A DNA stretch of 64,000 nucleotides from Tubiluchus corallicola (taxonomy: Eukaryota; Animalia; Priapulida): contig JAQGDQ010000368.1 of the NCBI GenBank assembly GCA_030141605.1, positions 1-64,000 of the forward strand, given 5' to 3'. The notes below the pieces were generated by a model, which searched no databases, was not told the origin of the DNA, and worked only from the letters and a program-made list of their open reading frames with translations. Made by a program: the position numbers and the translations under genes. Positions within the stretch are counted from its first letter, which is position 1, and each line of letters starts with the position of its first letter. Positions 10,561 through 25,288 of this stretch are shown here, one piece after another.

Positions 10561-12724
10561 GCAGCAAGATTTTCTGCGACACAGTCCATGATCGTGGTGT
10601 GCTGCCGTTTCCTTTAAGACATAAATACAGAAACCAAAGTCTGTAGAGATTTATAAGCTATTTATCAGCTTAGCATCTATCCTTCGACGGTGACGGTAGC
10701 AAAAGCGAACCAAAAAAACAACAGAGCACACGCGAGAATCGGGACAAACAGAAACCTTAACTGCGAAGTCATATCGGTAGAATGAATTAAATGTCATTTT
10801 CTACGACTCACGCACGTAACATTTAGTTTAGCGCGATAATATGTTTTTTACAAGATTCCTTTCGACAAATTCCACATGCATTTTTACAAGGTAACCATCA
10901 CCCATACAAGTACAGCGTTGGGTAGTACGCCCTGTTGTGCTGCTGCAGTGAACCACCGTGTGTGGGGCAGGATTTTTTCATACAATTGGAATAACTGTGT
11001 TTTCATCACCACCCTCAGCTACGTTTTGATATAGTTCGGCTTCCCTACTACATCATTGTTTAAAAATAGGTAGGTAATGAATGAAATTTTGTGGCAGAAA
11101 TAATTGGCATGAGTGTTTCCAGTGCTTGGAAAGATGTTGAAGAAACAATGAAGATCTTTGGAGTTGGAGAAAAATTTTTCTTTAGAAAACACTTGCAGAA
11201 GCTGTTGTGACTTTGATTTCATTATATCTGGCGGCACTATAGAAATATCAGTAAATTAGTCGTGGTATTAATACTAGTTGGAATGGATTAAGTCTTTCTT
11301 TCATCTCTGCAACATTCTGGGCTGAAAAAGAAAGTTGTTTCTCCAACATTTTTTGCAACTTCGGAAAGACTCTCGCTAACCGTTTCTGTCATAAAATGCA
11401 GTCATTACACGCGTATTTTCGAATAATCACGTGGTTAAGCTTGGTGGGTGTGGACATGTGAGAGGAACAACCTTATTCGAATTAGGTGTAACAGCAAAAG
11501 AAGTTAAGAAATGTCAGAATACCCTTTAAGTCCCATCAAATTCTTTATTTTTTTTTAGAAATTTTCGTCCCTCGTGGACCAGCAGCTGAAATCAACTTGA
11601 AGCAGATAGGCTTGAAAGGTGATGATAACTTGTGAAAAACTCTGCTACATACAAGATGCTCACGATAGTACGTACACAACGCTGCACTTGGAGAGGTTGT
11701 TCAAGTGTATATTGAACCTGTCAACAGACATCTTGCGAAAACCCAAAGTCACACTTTTGCAGAGGAGGATCATAAACAGAGTGATGGTGATGAATTGTAA
11801 GAATAGTATGTACCAATGCTGTTCTATTCACCTTGCATTTATTTAACACTTCACGCTGATATTAAAAAATGCCATGTAACCATTTAGAGTGTTGTGCATA
11901 ATACCTTCCATTCTATTAAAACTGATTATTTCAAGATTTTCTGAGAAGCATGGCTTTTTTGCCAAAAGTTTGTGTGCCATGTCATCATAATTACTGTAAT
12001 GTCACTTTGGTGTCATTGTGACGTCACAGAATATCTTCGTCTATCTGGTGGCAATACCTTGATACAGTGAACCAGAAAGAGGTTTGAACCAGAAGTACAT
12101 TGAAAAGTAAGTCAGTCATCTTGAAATTATGCAAATTAACCATGTTCCCGCTGGCAGATTTTGTGAGACTTTTTCTGTAACACTCTAAAACAGTGCTACT
12201 CAACTTTTTTTCACACCGATCCACCCCAAGAGTCCCAACTTGTGAACTAGTCCACCCGGCATAAAATTTTAACAAAAATGTCTTGTTTTATTTTTGATGT
12301 AACTTATTATTATTATTATTTATTTATTAACTAACATGATATTTATTAAACTATTATGGTGTGAATAATTATTGATAAGCTTTAAAGTGAGTCAATACTG
12401 AAGATTCGCATTAATTTAATTAGCTTAAGCATTCAAATAAGTTGATTGTCGATAAAAAAATCATAAAGCAGAATTATTTGGACTCCAGAAAGGCATAATA
12501 TGTAGATCCCAGTCGATTCTAAACATTCGTTGAGGTCAGTTCACTCCTTTTCATTTCTGATAGCTATGGTCTCACACTATGTCATCTGCTTTATTTACCT
12601 GATTTACTCTGATTGTCTGATTCGAAATTCCGATTTTTTATGATCCCACGACAAGATGCAATGTGAAATTCCTGGAATGTACGAGAATATGGGAACGAGA
12701 ACGTTTGCAACAGGGAAGTACCAT

Positions 12725-12992
12725 CTCAGGTAGCACGACAAAATTGCCACAATGTTGTCCCAACATTATTTGCAAATACAGGGACAACATGGAAGTGTAT
12801 ACTTACTACAACATTGTACCAATATTTTTGTCAATGTTTTTTCTATATTGTGACAACGTTGTGACAATATGGAAAAAAATATTGACAAAAAATATTTGTA
12901 CAATGCTGTGGTAAGTCCACACTTCCATGTTGTCCCTGTATTTGCAAATAATGTTGGGACAACATCGTGGCAAGATTTTTGTGCTGCCTGGG
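12725..12992. mobile_element. Fully palindromic (foldback) MITE with 2-bp AT TSD; CACTA/EnSpm-like CCCAG termini
   Basis: Left arm CTCAGGTAGCAC...GCCACAATGTTGTCCCAACATTATTTGCAAATACAGGGACAACATGGAAGTG is mirrored by the right arm, with the centre at ACAACGTTGT (~12858). AT flanks both ends. Confidence 0.8.
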
Positions 12993-13587
12993 ATCTCATT
13001 AGATTAACTAGTGAGTTAGTGAACTATAGGTGTACTCGTTGAGGAGTTACAAACTTTCCTTGGTTACGCCAGCTAGCTGTTTAACTATTCAGAGCTTGAG
13101 TCCAATGTAAACTACGGGGAAATGCGGGAATGAGAATTTCTGATGGGGAAGTTGTCGTGCTAATAGGCAGCAGGAGTACTAGTGAACAATTATATATCTT
13201 CGCCGAGGTATTACAAACTTACGTGTAAGTCTTTTGTTAAAAAGAAGTACGTGTGAACCTATTTCGAATCTTCAATGATTTAAATATCAAACTATCTTTT
13301 GTATAAGGTATATGAAACCAACTTGAGACGGGTGCCGATGCTGCATTTGCTCGCAAAGTCTTAGCTCTTAGCACGAATTGACTTAATGAGTTTTATTGTT
13401 CTAATCTACATGTTTGGAACACAATAATTTGCACCTTAATCTTTTTTTCGTGTAAAACAATAAAAATTATGGCACAGGGTGGAATGAACACTAGGTAGTA
13501 ACTATATCATTCTGTAGAGCAAATGTTGTGAAGCACTTCACCAGTTATCAAAAACTTAAAGTACGGAATAAAGCTGACCGGTTAAAG

Positions 13588-13588
<1 letters not shown>

Positions 13589-13633
<45 letters not shown>
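13589..13633 (+). repeat. (ATT)n microsatellite, possibly a SINE tail
   Basis: Pure ATT run. Confidence 0.9.
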
Positions 13634-13634
<1 letters not shown>

Positions 13635-16600
13635 AACTCTAATAAGATAGATAACGTAAATTAACTCTTAACGTAAATTATTGTCTTTTAAATGTAATTT
13701 AAACTTCAGTCTATTTTAATTAACATTAGGTAAAGCAGTTTTAATGTAATGTAATTGTAATTTTAAAGTGTATCTCAGTGTATCTTAATAAACATTTATT
13801 GGACAATTCAAAATACAGGTAAAAAGCGGTCTATATAAAAACAATAGTTCGTATTATGACTAGCTATTTTTAGCACAGTTTCCTGTGTTCCGCAGTAGCT
13901 ATACTGATTTGGTTCGTTTTCTTGAATTTATAAGCCTAATGAGAACGATTTCAAAGTATTATTGTTATTATTCTTATTCATTCCACAATTGTGGACGTAG
14001 ACGTATATTATAGTCATGCTTAGATGTAAAAATAATAATCGCGATACAGCAGGAACACTAAGGCAAATGTAAAATAATCGTTTCTCGGTCTCGCTCGCGT
14101 GTTACTTTTTTACTCAATTCAGTTTAAATTATCATTGGAAAATAAAATTGCTATACCCGTTCTGCAAGCAAGGCTATAGCCTCACAATTTATTTCTTCTG
14201 GTTAGCACAAACATCACACTTTCCGAATGTAATAGAAGCGAAACGAAATAAATCAGGCAATTGCCGTTGAATTTTATTATAGGACTTTCGGAAGTCGAAC
14301 TGTCAGAAACTGTTTATGGATCAAGATATCATGAAGATCAACATTCATAAGAAGCTGGGTTAATAATGGAGGTCTTTAATACAGAGCTGAAGAACGCTCT
14401 ATGCTCTGCAAAATATCAATCCTTTCTTAAAACTTACAAGGTTTGCTAATACATTCGCTTGCAGTCTTTGTGCGTCAAACTCTCCTTTGCCCGGAATTAC
14501 GTCATTGCTTTTAATCACGCGTATCATCAGACGGGCAGCAGATAATTTTACAGACATAATTAAGTCATTGTATTGATCACATTGTTAATAATGACTTAAA
14601 CGTAACTACATGAATAATTTGCCAAGTATATAAATACATGGAAAAAACTCTTTTTAGAGCGTATACAACAGTAATGTTTCAGATAGATAAGAAAACTTGT
14701 ATTCGTTACTCAAGGGGTCTACCTCGCGCGTCGTGGAACTGCGCACTGCTTAGAGTCGCCGCTTTCAGTTTGGCTTCATTCTCTAGCTGACGTAGGTGCA
14801 TCTATAATGCTTCGCGACACTCGTGTTATGTTCATGAGCACAAATAAGTTAAAGAAATGCACTTTATAGCTATGATCTTTAATGTGAAATGAACATCTTG
14901 TGAAAGTTAGAATAAGCTTCTTGCCTAAAAATGAAGACATTGTGATGACTAGCACTTTGTAGTCTTCGGTAGTCAAAATAGTGTGACGAAACCACATTCA
15001 CGCTATGACTAATAGCAGTGGAACTAACCGGCATAATATGAACGGAAATACTGCGTCTCAATACAACCACAAGTAGGTGGAGTTTTTATCTTTACCGCAT
15101 TTCGTGATTCTTAGGAATGGTCTCAGAAGTAAATAGATGTCAGTTGCCATCTAAATAATCATTTTTAGAATCAAAACAATGACCTAGTATTTTTTCCATT
15201 TTCCTTTTGTCACATTAAAATACGAAAAATGTATAATTATTGTTTTTTACGAAGAGATCTAGCAAAAAATTCTTTAATTTCTATCTAGTTTCTGTTACAT
15301 TTTGACATTTTGTTTTATTAAAGAAAAGCTCTTAATAACCCTTGCATCTTTGCATAAAACATCTAAAAGCAAAGCCGGAACGTTTTGCCTGCGAGTAAAA
15401 TTGTATAATTTCAGCATTGTGGGGCCTAAACGAACACAAAATATGAACAACTTATAAAATAGATTGGTATAATGGTTAATGCATATCCTAAGTACTGACA
15501 AACTTGCTTGCTAACATTTGTGAAAATATTCCCCCGCACACATAGTCTTACACCTGTACACGAAAAAGGCAGTGTACAGCACGAAAAGCCCAGTTTCTTT
15601 CTGCAATAAATCGTTTAAATTACATACAATTGTATAATTACAATTATGTGCAGAATCTTAATGATTACAGGAAATATAACATTTCAAAGAAACTGAAAGG
15701 AGCAATTAGAAAAACAGTAGTCTACACACGTCGTTTTGATGCAGAATGTAAGCAAGCAAACTACCTACTCTCCAATAACAACAAAGGTTGTAGAATAATG
15801 TTCACAAAACTATGAATAAGTACTCACAATTTATTATACATAGATTAATTTATGCCGTTAACAGGAAAACTGCTAGCATTTTTACACTTACTCACTCATT
15901 TTTGGTAAGAAAGTCTAAAAAATAGACATTTAGGCTTGATATTGTCAATAAACACATAAAAATAAAAAAAATCGATATTGGTATGATTGTTTTGTGTTTA
16001 TGGATACGCTAATTTTACTTTAATAATTTTGTTCATTTACATATTTTATTTGATGTTTCAGATTTCTTAGTTTTAAAAAGTAAATATTGAACAGTGACAT
16101 AATTCTCTTTGGCAATTTATCACTGCCTGATCTTGAGCATTTCTTATTAAAATTTCAGAAAACTTCGTTCATCGGTCTTTTAACTCAATATCCTTTACCA
16201 ATTCTGAAATGTTTTAAAAAAAATTAATTTGTCTTTTTCTGAAAACGGAAAAGGTCTTTGAAATTAGGAATCGGCGAAAACAAAATAAAATAAACCATCC
16301 AATGAATGAAGTAAAATTAATAAGTCCATAATAAGTCCATAAAGTCAATACACCCAGTACACGGTTCTTTATTTTTATGGGCTTGATGACAATATCTAGC
16401 ACAAAGTGACTGTTTTTTGGACCTTTTAAGCAAAAATTAGCCAGTAAATGCCGAAATGTTTCTGTTTTGCGCCGTTAAATTTATATTCAATCTAGTTAAA
16501 AATTTTTGGCTCTATAGCATTTTAAAGATTGATTACGTATTTATTTAAAGATTATTTAAAGATTTAAAGATATTATTTAAAGATTTATTTAATTTTATTT

Positions 16601-17344
16601 ATTTGTTATTTATTATTTTTTTTATTTTTATTTGTTATTTATTTTATTATAAATATTTATTTATTTAATTATTTAAAGATTTATTTAAAAATTATTTAAA
16701 GATTGATTACGTCAAACTATAGTCCATAGTTGACATAGTTGAAGAAAAATTACAAAATTAATGTAAATATTCGTATCCATTGTATAGACGCTACTAGTGA
16801 AAATGAAGCTCTCTGAATGATTTTGTTTGTTTACTATTACTTGGAAATACCATTCATTAAATAATTAACGTGGTTAACGTAACCAGACATCCCTGCCTTG
16901 GTTACACGTATTATGCAATTCAATGACGTCAGCATCACTATACAGGGTGGTACATAAACTTTTGTTAGGGAGTACAAAAAGAACAAGTAAAAGCACAGAG
17001 AATTTAGTACGTCAAACTACAGCTGAAAATTGCGAATCTGTCGTGCCCTCAATATTTAATATGAAAGCATCAGGTGCCTTGCACAGCCTGCGGTCTTGAA
17101 GAATATGCTCGAAGGGGTAACTTCAAAATTCTTAGATCAAAGCTTTTTCCAACTGAATGGCATAGAAAATCACTGGACTTTAACCCGCCAAAAACCCTGA
17201 TCCTATCCTGAGGGGTCGCTTAGTCTGATCCAAAAAGAACATGCCATTTGTCAGTATCTAAAAGACAAACTTGTGAGACATGCGCATAGTATGTTGGTGG
17301 ATGCCCACTTAAATCATGCCCTTCAAGTCTTATTACTTGACTTA

Positions 17345-17630
17345 TCACTGCACCTACCACTACCACTACCACCACCACTACCACTACCACTACTACCACT
17401 ACCACTACCACTACCACTATTACCACTACCACTACCACTACCACTACCACTACCACTACCACTACCACTATCACTACCATTACCACCACCACTGCCATTA
17501 CCACTATCACTACCACTACTACTACCACTACCACTACGACTACCATTATCACTATCACTACCACTACCACTACCACTATCACTACCATTACCACCACCAC
17601 TGCCATTGCCGCTACTACTATCACTACCAT
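17345..17630 (+). repeat. (CACTAC)n hexanucleotide microsatellite
   Basis: Seen directly; explains the poly-HY/LP/V ORFs. Confidence 0.95.
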
Positions 17631-19569
17631 TTTGATATGCTTTGCAAATAGTTTTGCTTTATTTTAATTCTTATCAGCTTGATTGCTAATACAGACACTT
17701 GATAATTTATTGTGCATTTATATATTTTTTGGCCTTTTCTTAGTACCGCTTAAAACTTAAAATATTGCTTATTTGTTAAATAACACAGTTATTTGTTTTC
17801 TGCTGTTATGATAATAAATTTGTTATTTTTCAAATTCAAAAATTTTTGATTAATGTATTGCAATTGTCGGGGCAATTTGTCTTGCTTGTTTTACCTTTTT
17901 TTCTTTCTTTTTGCTATTCACATGTATATTCATAGTCTCTTTATAGATATATGTTATAACTTCCATAAAACAAACAGGTGATAATTATTACTTCTCTTAA
18001 AGTTACTGATTTAAATTTCATCTCACAATGTTTAGCTATGCATATCTGGTAACAATGATTCAAGTTAAATTTTATCTTGCAAATGTTGTTTTTCTGAACA
18101 TTAAAATATTCTCTTTTCTCTTTTGTGTTTTGGACCCTAAATAATTATGTTTAATGTTTAACTACATTTAGGAACGACTAGTTTTTGGTGTTGGTTTTTT
18201 GCTGTTGTTGTATTTTTGTTTTTTAGTATTTATGGACGTTTATGTATTTTTTAATAGTTGTGTTCTGCTGTCATTAGCGTCTTTTTGATTTACTGTCTTT
18301 CTGAGAATGGTGGTTGACTCGCTAACCTTTGGTTTTTCGCCACCCTTTCTCCCATATTCATTTGTATTTTTGTATATCTTATTGTTAAAGTAATGTAAAT
18401 TTATGGAGAAAAATAAAATTACTTACTTCTTACTTACTTACCGCTAATCGCAAAAACGAAATATGTAACAATAGGCTCTTTCGTCACTTCCTCTTTTTAC
18501 ACTTTGGTTAAGATGTTAATAACTCATCACAAAAAGCAGCTGCTATAGGAGAATATATATCATAATATAATAATATCAAGTTCATATAATATATATATAT
18601 ATTATATGAATATTGTGTATCTTATTAGCTCACACTAAATTTTGTGGATGCGGTGGATGCGTAAATGTTTCAACAATATTCTGATGTAAGAAATTGTTCT
18701 GTAATTCGTTGCTGCTTTGTCCTTAGCAAAAGATTTTGTACCACCCGGTATTTTTGTAATTTTATGATTTGTAATAATATGTGTATGTAATGTGTGTAAT
18801 ATTTGTAAGAATTTAAGTAGTTTCGTTGGAATTACACTTCTATATTGTGTTTGCGGCATGTTTTGGCGGCAGTTAACTAATAAATCGTAACTTTATTAAT
18901 TTAAAAATTGACTTTTTAACAGCTAACATTCAAGCTTCATTAGCCAGCCAATAGTAGTAAGAGGTAAGAGATACACAGAAGTAAGAGGTCGAAAAATGAA
19001 TCTGACGTAGCCTAAAGTAACCAAGCGTTTGAGCCAAATCAAACTACGAAGAATATCTATTTTAATCTTAGAGAACTGTCAAATTAAGCTTACTCGACTG
19101 ACATGTCTATTAAATTAACATGGCAGCAAACAAAACTATTATAACTTATAACAAAAGTGAAACGTCACTTACCTATTTTTCTCATAACAAGTAATATTTA
19201 TGTACTGTATAACTAACAGCGAGGAATCTCATTTATAATAAGGGCAATGGAGAACATAATCGGGAAAAACTTTGCGAAACGTCAATAGCAACAGGAGACA
19301 CAATTACTGAAAATAGGAGAGTTACGACATTACGGTAAAATACTATAAATGATTTCATACGTGAAAGCTGAAAACCGTGCTGCTTCTATGTGCAAGAAAT
19401 CGGGCAAAATGTGAAAACAAAAATGAGATGTGTCGAATAATTATTAATGATATCCAGCAAAATAGAAAAAATAAAACGAATAGTGCAGTACCTGTGAAGT
19501 TAAGATGCATGTAACTCCAACCCCTTCGGATAGAGAGATGGATGTGTGTAAATCTATGCGTCCATTTAT

Positions 19570-19985
19570 GCATTCATTCATTTGTTCATTCAATCACTCA
19601 TTCATTCATTCATTTTTTCATTCATTCATTCATTCATTCGCTCATTCTCCGGTTCATTTCTTCATTCATTCATTCATTCATTCATTCATTCATTCATTCG
19701 TTCGTTCATTCATTCATTCATTTACTCATTCATTCGTTCGTTCGTTCATTCATTCATTCATTTACTCATTTATTCATTCATTCGTTCGTTCATTCATTCA
19801 TTCATTCATTTACTCATTCATTCATTCATTCGTTTATTCGCTTATTCATTCGTTCTTTATTTCATTTATTCATATGTTCATTCACTCACCATTTCGTTCA
19901 TTTATTCGTTCATTAGTTCACTGATAATTCATTCATTCATTTCTTCTTTTATTCATTCATTCATTCATTCATTTACTCGTTCTTT
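19570..19985 (+). repeat. (TTCA)n degenerate microsatellite
   Basis: Seen directly; explains the HSFI ORFs. Confidence 0.95.
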
Positions 19986-22900
19986 CAATGCGTTTTATAT
20001 CTGCACATGCAAAAAATTTATCTAAATTATTTTGCCTCTCCTAGAATCACAAGGTGCATCAGGGCTCACTGATTAGACGCCACAGAATGAAAAAGCAAAT
20101 GACTAGAAAATTTTTCTCAAAGAAGATTGATTAACCACTAGACAGATATAGGAATGAATACAGTCGAGGGAAAACTGTCATGGCGTGAGCTTGGCTATGA
20201 TAACAAAGTGGCTCCGAACCTAGTTAGTAAATGGATGGATGACCAGTAAGAAAATTGCTTCATCTGCTGCTACACTGCCACTTAGTATTTAACGGATGAT
20301 GCATAAACATCCAAAGGTTAAAAGATCTATGGCAGTTTTGTGTCTCAAATTACTGGATAATTTTTGATAAGAAGCTAGATCCCGGTTCTGCCACATATTC
20401 TATAAGTACTGCTGTTCATTGCTTGATCTCGACATGCAAACTACCAAGCTGCATAAAATGAATGAATGAGTGAGTGAATTAATAAGTGAATGAGTGAATG
20501 CACGAAGTTTTCACCCGGCACATTAGGCGTTGCCTTTACATTTCAATAGGCGCTACGAAAATAAAAGCAAGTTAGGGCAAAAATCCATTAAAGAAAATTC
20601 GATATTTCCGTTTGTCTTAAAAAGCAATTAATCATAAAGAAATAGCGAAGTTTGAGCAAAAAAAACCGAGAACTCTGAAAATTATATACGTTCAGGTAGC
20701 ATCAAATTATTGATAATAATAAGAACTAAGCATGACACAAATTCAGATTGCTTCTTTATGAAACTACTGATGTGGTGCATAATTTAACATTTTTGTGCTG
20801 TCTTTTGGAAATACGTTGGTTATGCAAGTTCAAAACCAGAGTCCAGAGTTCGTGAACATGATAAATAGGTATTAAATTGCACTTCGGATTCTAAAGGAGC
20901 CAGAAACTATTGTCAATTAGAGTAATTTTGTAATTTATTGTCCACTTCAGCATGATTACATTATCAAATTGTAACTATATATGAAATCAATTACATGCAT
21001 TACATTTCAAATCAATGTAATTACAATAATTATAAAAATAACTATATTAATATAGTTACTAACTACATAATAGTTTATCAACAGGAAAAATATGCTGCAT
21101 GGTGGTCGAGAAGCAAAGCTTGTAAGACAATGTAGAGCAATGCTATAGACTTGGCGAATGCCAAAATTTTTGTACGGAGAGCAAAATTGCAATAAACGAT
21201 AGTTTTGGAGTCTTTTTAACCAATTTGTCCCTCAAATTCGGTCATAATAATAGCCTAGATGCGTTCACATTTTTAACAAAGCAGTAATAGCATAACTATT
21301 ATATGCTATGCAAAGAATCAACTTTTTAGGCATCAGTTAATGATTTTTGTTGATTTATTAATGAAATGTTCAAGTTATGTTACACGAGTCGTGAACCACA
21401 CTATGATCCAGTGACGTGCACAGACTTTCGAAAGGGCAGGTGCCCAACTAAAAAAGGGCATTCCCTTAAAACTGCCGTGCCATATAAACTATTTAATGTA
21501 CACATGCAATTTTTATGAGGTATTTCGTCCCTCCACTCAACAATTTTTGCCTTTAGTGTCTTCACATCAGACGGCTCTCTGCGGCCCTGAAGATGTACAA
21601 ATCGTTTGTTTTAGCAAGGCTACACCCTCAGAATCCCGCCTCGTACGCCAATGTGAACTTTACTTTCAAAAGAACAAAATGTTTTGTTGGTGCTTGTCGG
21701 ATCAAACGTGCTACATACGTTCAGCTATACACACAAAAATCATAAGGTACGTTATAAATTAGATAATAGAAATGAGGCACAATAAAAATCCCCCGGGGCT
21801 TTTTGTTTCTTGCCCCTTTGCATAAAATTCTTATCTGCCCTTTTCTCCCTATGAGTTTTCACTATTCCACATAAATGCGGGTCCTTTTGTCGGCTGTAGA
21901 TCAAAGGACCACATTTACCATTTTAAAAGCGGTCAAAGGACCACCAGTGGATGTGCTGACAGCAGCTTTAGTGAAATGGCAACTCTGAGTTACCGTTCAT
22001 ATTTTATTTAATAAAGCGTGATTGATAATTCTTGGTGATAATATTGATGACTGGTAAAAGTCTTATACTTATTTTACTTTATTTTTATTTCAAATTTATT
22101 TAAAAGTACATAGCTTTGTAAGAAAATTTCAAATACTCAACTGTACACAAGGCGTTATAGATAAAAGACTAACAATTACAGAAGATTAACAGATAAAAAA
22201 CTAATTACACGCTTTAAAAACATAAGCGAAGGATCATTTTTACTGAGTAGGCTTTAAGATAATTTTTTTGGAGAGCTTTTAATATAAAAATGTATATAAA
22301 GCTTTTAATATAAAAATGTATATATTTTAATATAAAGCAGTATTGCAAACCATGCTTTATTATGTTTATCATCACAGACGCAAGTCAATATAGTGATTAG
22401 TATAGTCACGTTTTGCGTGAGGCGGTATTTGGGTGTGCCCCACCTTTTTGCCTTGCTATATTGAATGTATTGTCATTTTAATAAATGACTTCATTTAATC
22501 AACTAATTTCATTCTTGGTGCTTTTGCAAAAATCTAGTTAGGCTCAGCTAATTTTACCTTCAGGTCGGTTTTATGAACATTAGCTTACAAAAAATTAATA
22601 ACGATTTCCAGAAGTGGTTGTGTACGTATATTTTGGACGACATAACTAATGTACATAATATGCTGTACACGGTAAAACGGCAAAGTGAAAATCTCACAGT
22701 TAATAATAATGCTGGAAACAAGACACAAGGAAAAGGGCATAAATGGAAAAAAAATGACACGTGCACGTATATACCTGACACTACAATACCTTGTCTGCAC
22801 ATTTTGAGTTTCACTTGTTTTGGGTTCTTGGGCAGTTCCCAGTCCGGTACCAAGCAGCTGACCCAAAGAACCATAGGAACTGACCCCTGCAAATACTTAA

Positions 22901-23070
22901 GGAACTGAGCCTAATTATTGGATGGTACAAAAAAGCAATTTAGTTTGGTGCTAATTTGAATAAGCATCGGGCCAAGAAATAAAACCCAGGAGACCAGATT
23001 AAGCAACTATTTGGTGGCAGTTTGGGCTCAGAAGAAACTCAAACAATGCTACTGTCAGTATTCAAATTAA

Positions 23071-23614
23071 AGGAAAACCTGATGATTGTGTAAACACAAG
23101 TTCAGAATAAAGATTGAAAACTAAAATAGCTTATTTTAAATCAAAGCTTAGATTAAATAATAATTACCTCGAATACTCAAATAGCGTTAATTTAAACTTT
23201 CAAAGTTACGCGCGGCTCAGTGAATCTACTAAGATTGGCAGCAGCGCCTTTTTGTCGCGTGCGCGTGACCGACAAATAGAAGGCGGTACCGTGATAAACC
23301 ATGATCATGAACTGTAGTGTTAATTTCATGACGTCATATGACGTAGACCCCATTTTTCGTGACATCATGCGTTTAAAGAGTACTGTAACACCTATGCAAA
23401 TGTGCTTGGCGCGTAAGGGAAAATGCCTACCCATTGCACAAACTGTGGTTAGTTTCTGACGTAAGCAATAGCTGTGTTCGGTTGCTGTTAATTAACTTCC
23501 TAAGTTAACTATTCAAATATAAGGAACAATTGTTAACTTTTATAGGCAAGAAAATGTATATTTTGGACGGTAAATTAAAATGAGATTGAGTCTAAACAAG
23601 CGTCCGGTCTTCCT
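23071..23614. mobile_element. Kolobok-like non-autonomous DNA transposon, copy 1
   Basis: TTAA at both ends (23067-23070, 23615-23618), AGG...CCT termini and ~25-bp imperfect TIRs (AGGAAAACCTGATGATTGTGTAAAC / GTCTAAACAAGCGTCCGGTCTTCCT). A second copy lies at 61252-61807. Confidence 0.8.
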
Positions 23615-24973
23615 TTAAGATATAAATTAATAATTTATTCGCGCGAGGCAAGCCCTTACTACAGGTCATCTCACAGCATTTTCCCTGAGACAAAGAAGCG
23701 GTGGCACGTGCGCCATTATCAGGACTCCACGCTTTCAGTGGAGCAAGGTAAGACTGGCAGGTGTTGGTAGATCCAATTAATTTATGTACTCTAAGCTTTT
23801 ACCAAGACCGCTTTGTTGTTCATTATCTGGGCAACTATAAATAATACAAGCACACAATAGCCACACGTCACGTTTTGGGGTCAAGCTCGTGCCTTGGCCT
23901 TCAAGAATCCAGGCTGCATTTATTGGACAGAGGCAGTTATGATGAGGTAGCACAGTACATTACTATAGACCACTGACCACGTAATTGGCAGTGACCACCA
24001 AATTATTTTTATTGCTCGGTGTTTACATGATATTGGGGGTGTTAAATAGAATAAAACTATTTAAGAAGACATTGATAATACTGATACTGATAGATATCAT
24101 CATTAATGACTGCAATATTAACCACGACGCTGATTTAACGTCAGTTTTTTCTAATTTTTCTGGTGTTTTTTAAGCAACGGTTGTTATTCTTTAATTCTTA
24201 GAATAAAATTTTGCATTGCTTATTAATTTTTTTAGATTACTGTCCCGCTATTACTTTTTTCTCTTAATTTGCTCTGGCGTCCTTAGAAATATTTTCAAAA
24301 TAGAGGGTTTACAATCTTATGTGCTAGACTTTAGACCAGTAAGAACTCAGTAATCATAATGAAGAAAATTTAATTTGTCAGCTGAGTAAATGTCTGTCCG
24401 GTTGATGACACCAAGCAGGTAGACCAGCCAGGCACTACCTGCAATCACCTGCTTCTAGTGTAATCACTAATCTCTGGCATTTGAGACAACAGCTGGCTAA
24501 ATATGGCCAAATTCTCCCTCAGACAAAGAACCCGTTTGCAGAGTTGAGTACAAATAAATCACACAACCGTTGGCAGGGGGTGAGAGGGTACCTCATCTCT
24601 GGTCACATTGCTTTGAGCAACGGCTGGATTTTAGCCGATTAAATCACTTTTGGCTTGCGCTTAATTATCCGTTTATATATGAGTGCAAGGCTGCAAATTT
24701 GGCTTGATGAATTTTGATGGACTCCTCTTTATCGACTGCCCATCCCTCAATTGAGTCCATGTTCCATTAGGACCAAGTGTCGGGAGTACAAGGCTGATGT
24801 TCTGGCTGAACAAGTCCTGAACAATGGAGGCACGCGACTGCTTTATTGGGCACACGACCACTCCAGAGTTCATTCTGGATTGAGACTTTGTGTTGTGTGC
24901 GTCGTTTTAGAATTACCTCTTAATTACTAATTTAACCTGCATAACAATGACAATTCTACAGTTTTTACCAGCG

Positions 24974-25243
24974 ATGGCTGAACAGTCTGACGTGTCCAAG
25001 ATTTGGTTTGCTGATGTTCCCCTGACAGTTACGTGCAAGTAAGTTGTAAAACGTGGATATAAGCCACCGTTTGCAATGAGTTTATTATGTTCTTACAGTA
25101 TTGCTAGCGTCTTATATATTTACTATATTGAAAAACCACGAAACATGACTTTTCAGTTGTGATAGACACTAATTAAAGCAATATAGTTAATAAAAGTCAG
25201 CCAAATTCAATAAGCAATAACCAAAGTTTTATTTTTTCACGTG

Positions 25244-25288
<45 letters not shown>

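Noticed and set aside
17220-17651. Poly-V, LP and HY ORFs
   Set aside because: Translations of a (CACTAC)n microsatellite. The same applies to ORFs over the repeats at 19505-20025, 27675-27922, 36333-36643, 37751-38261, 39435-39778, 49575-49936, 52005-52265 and 53297-53583.
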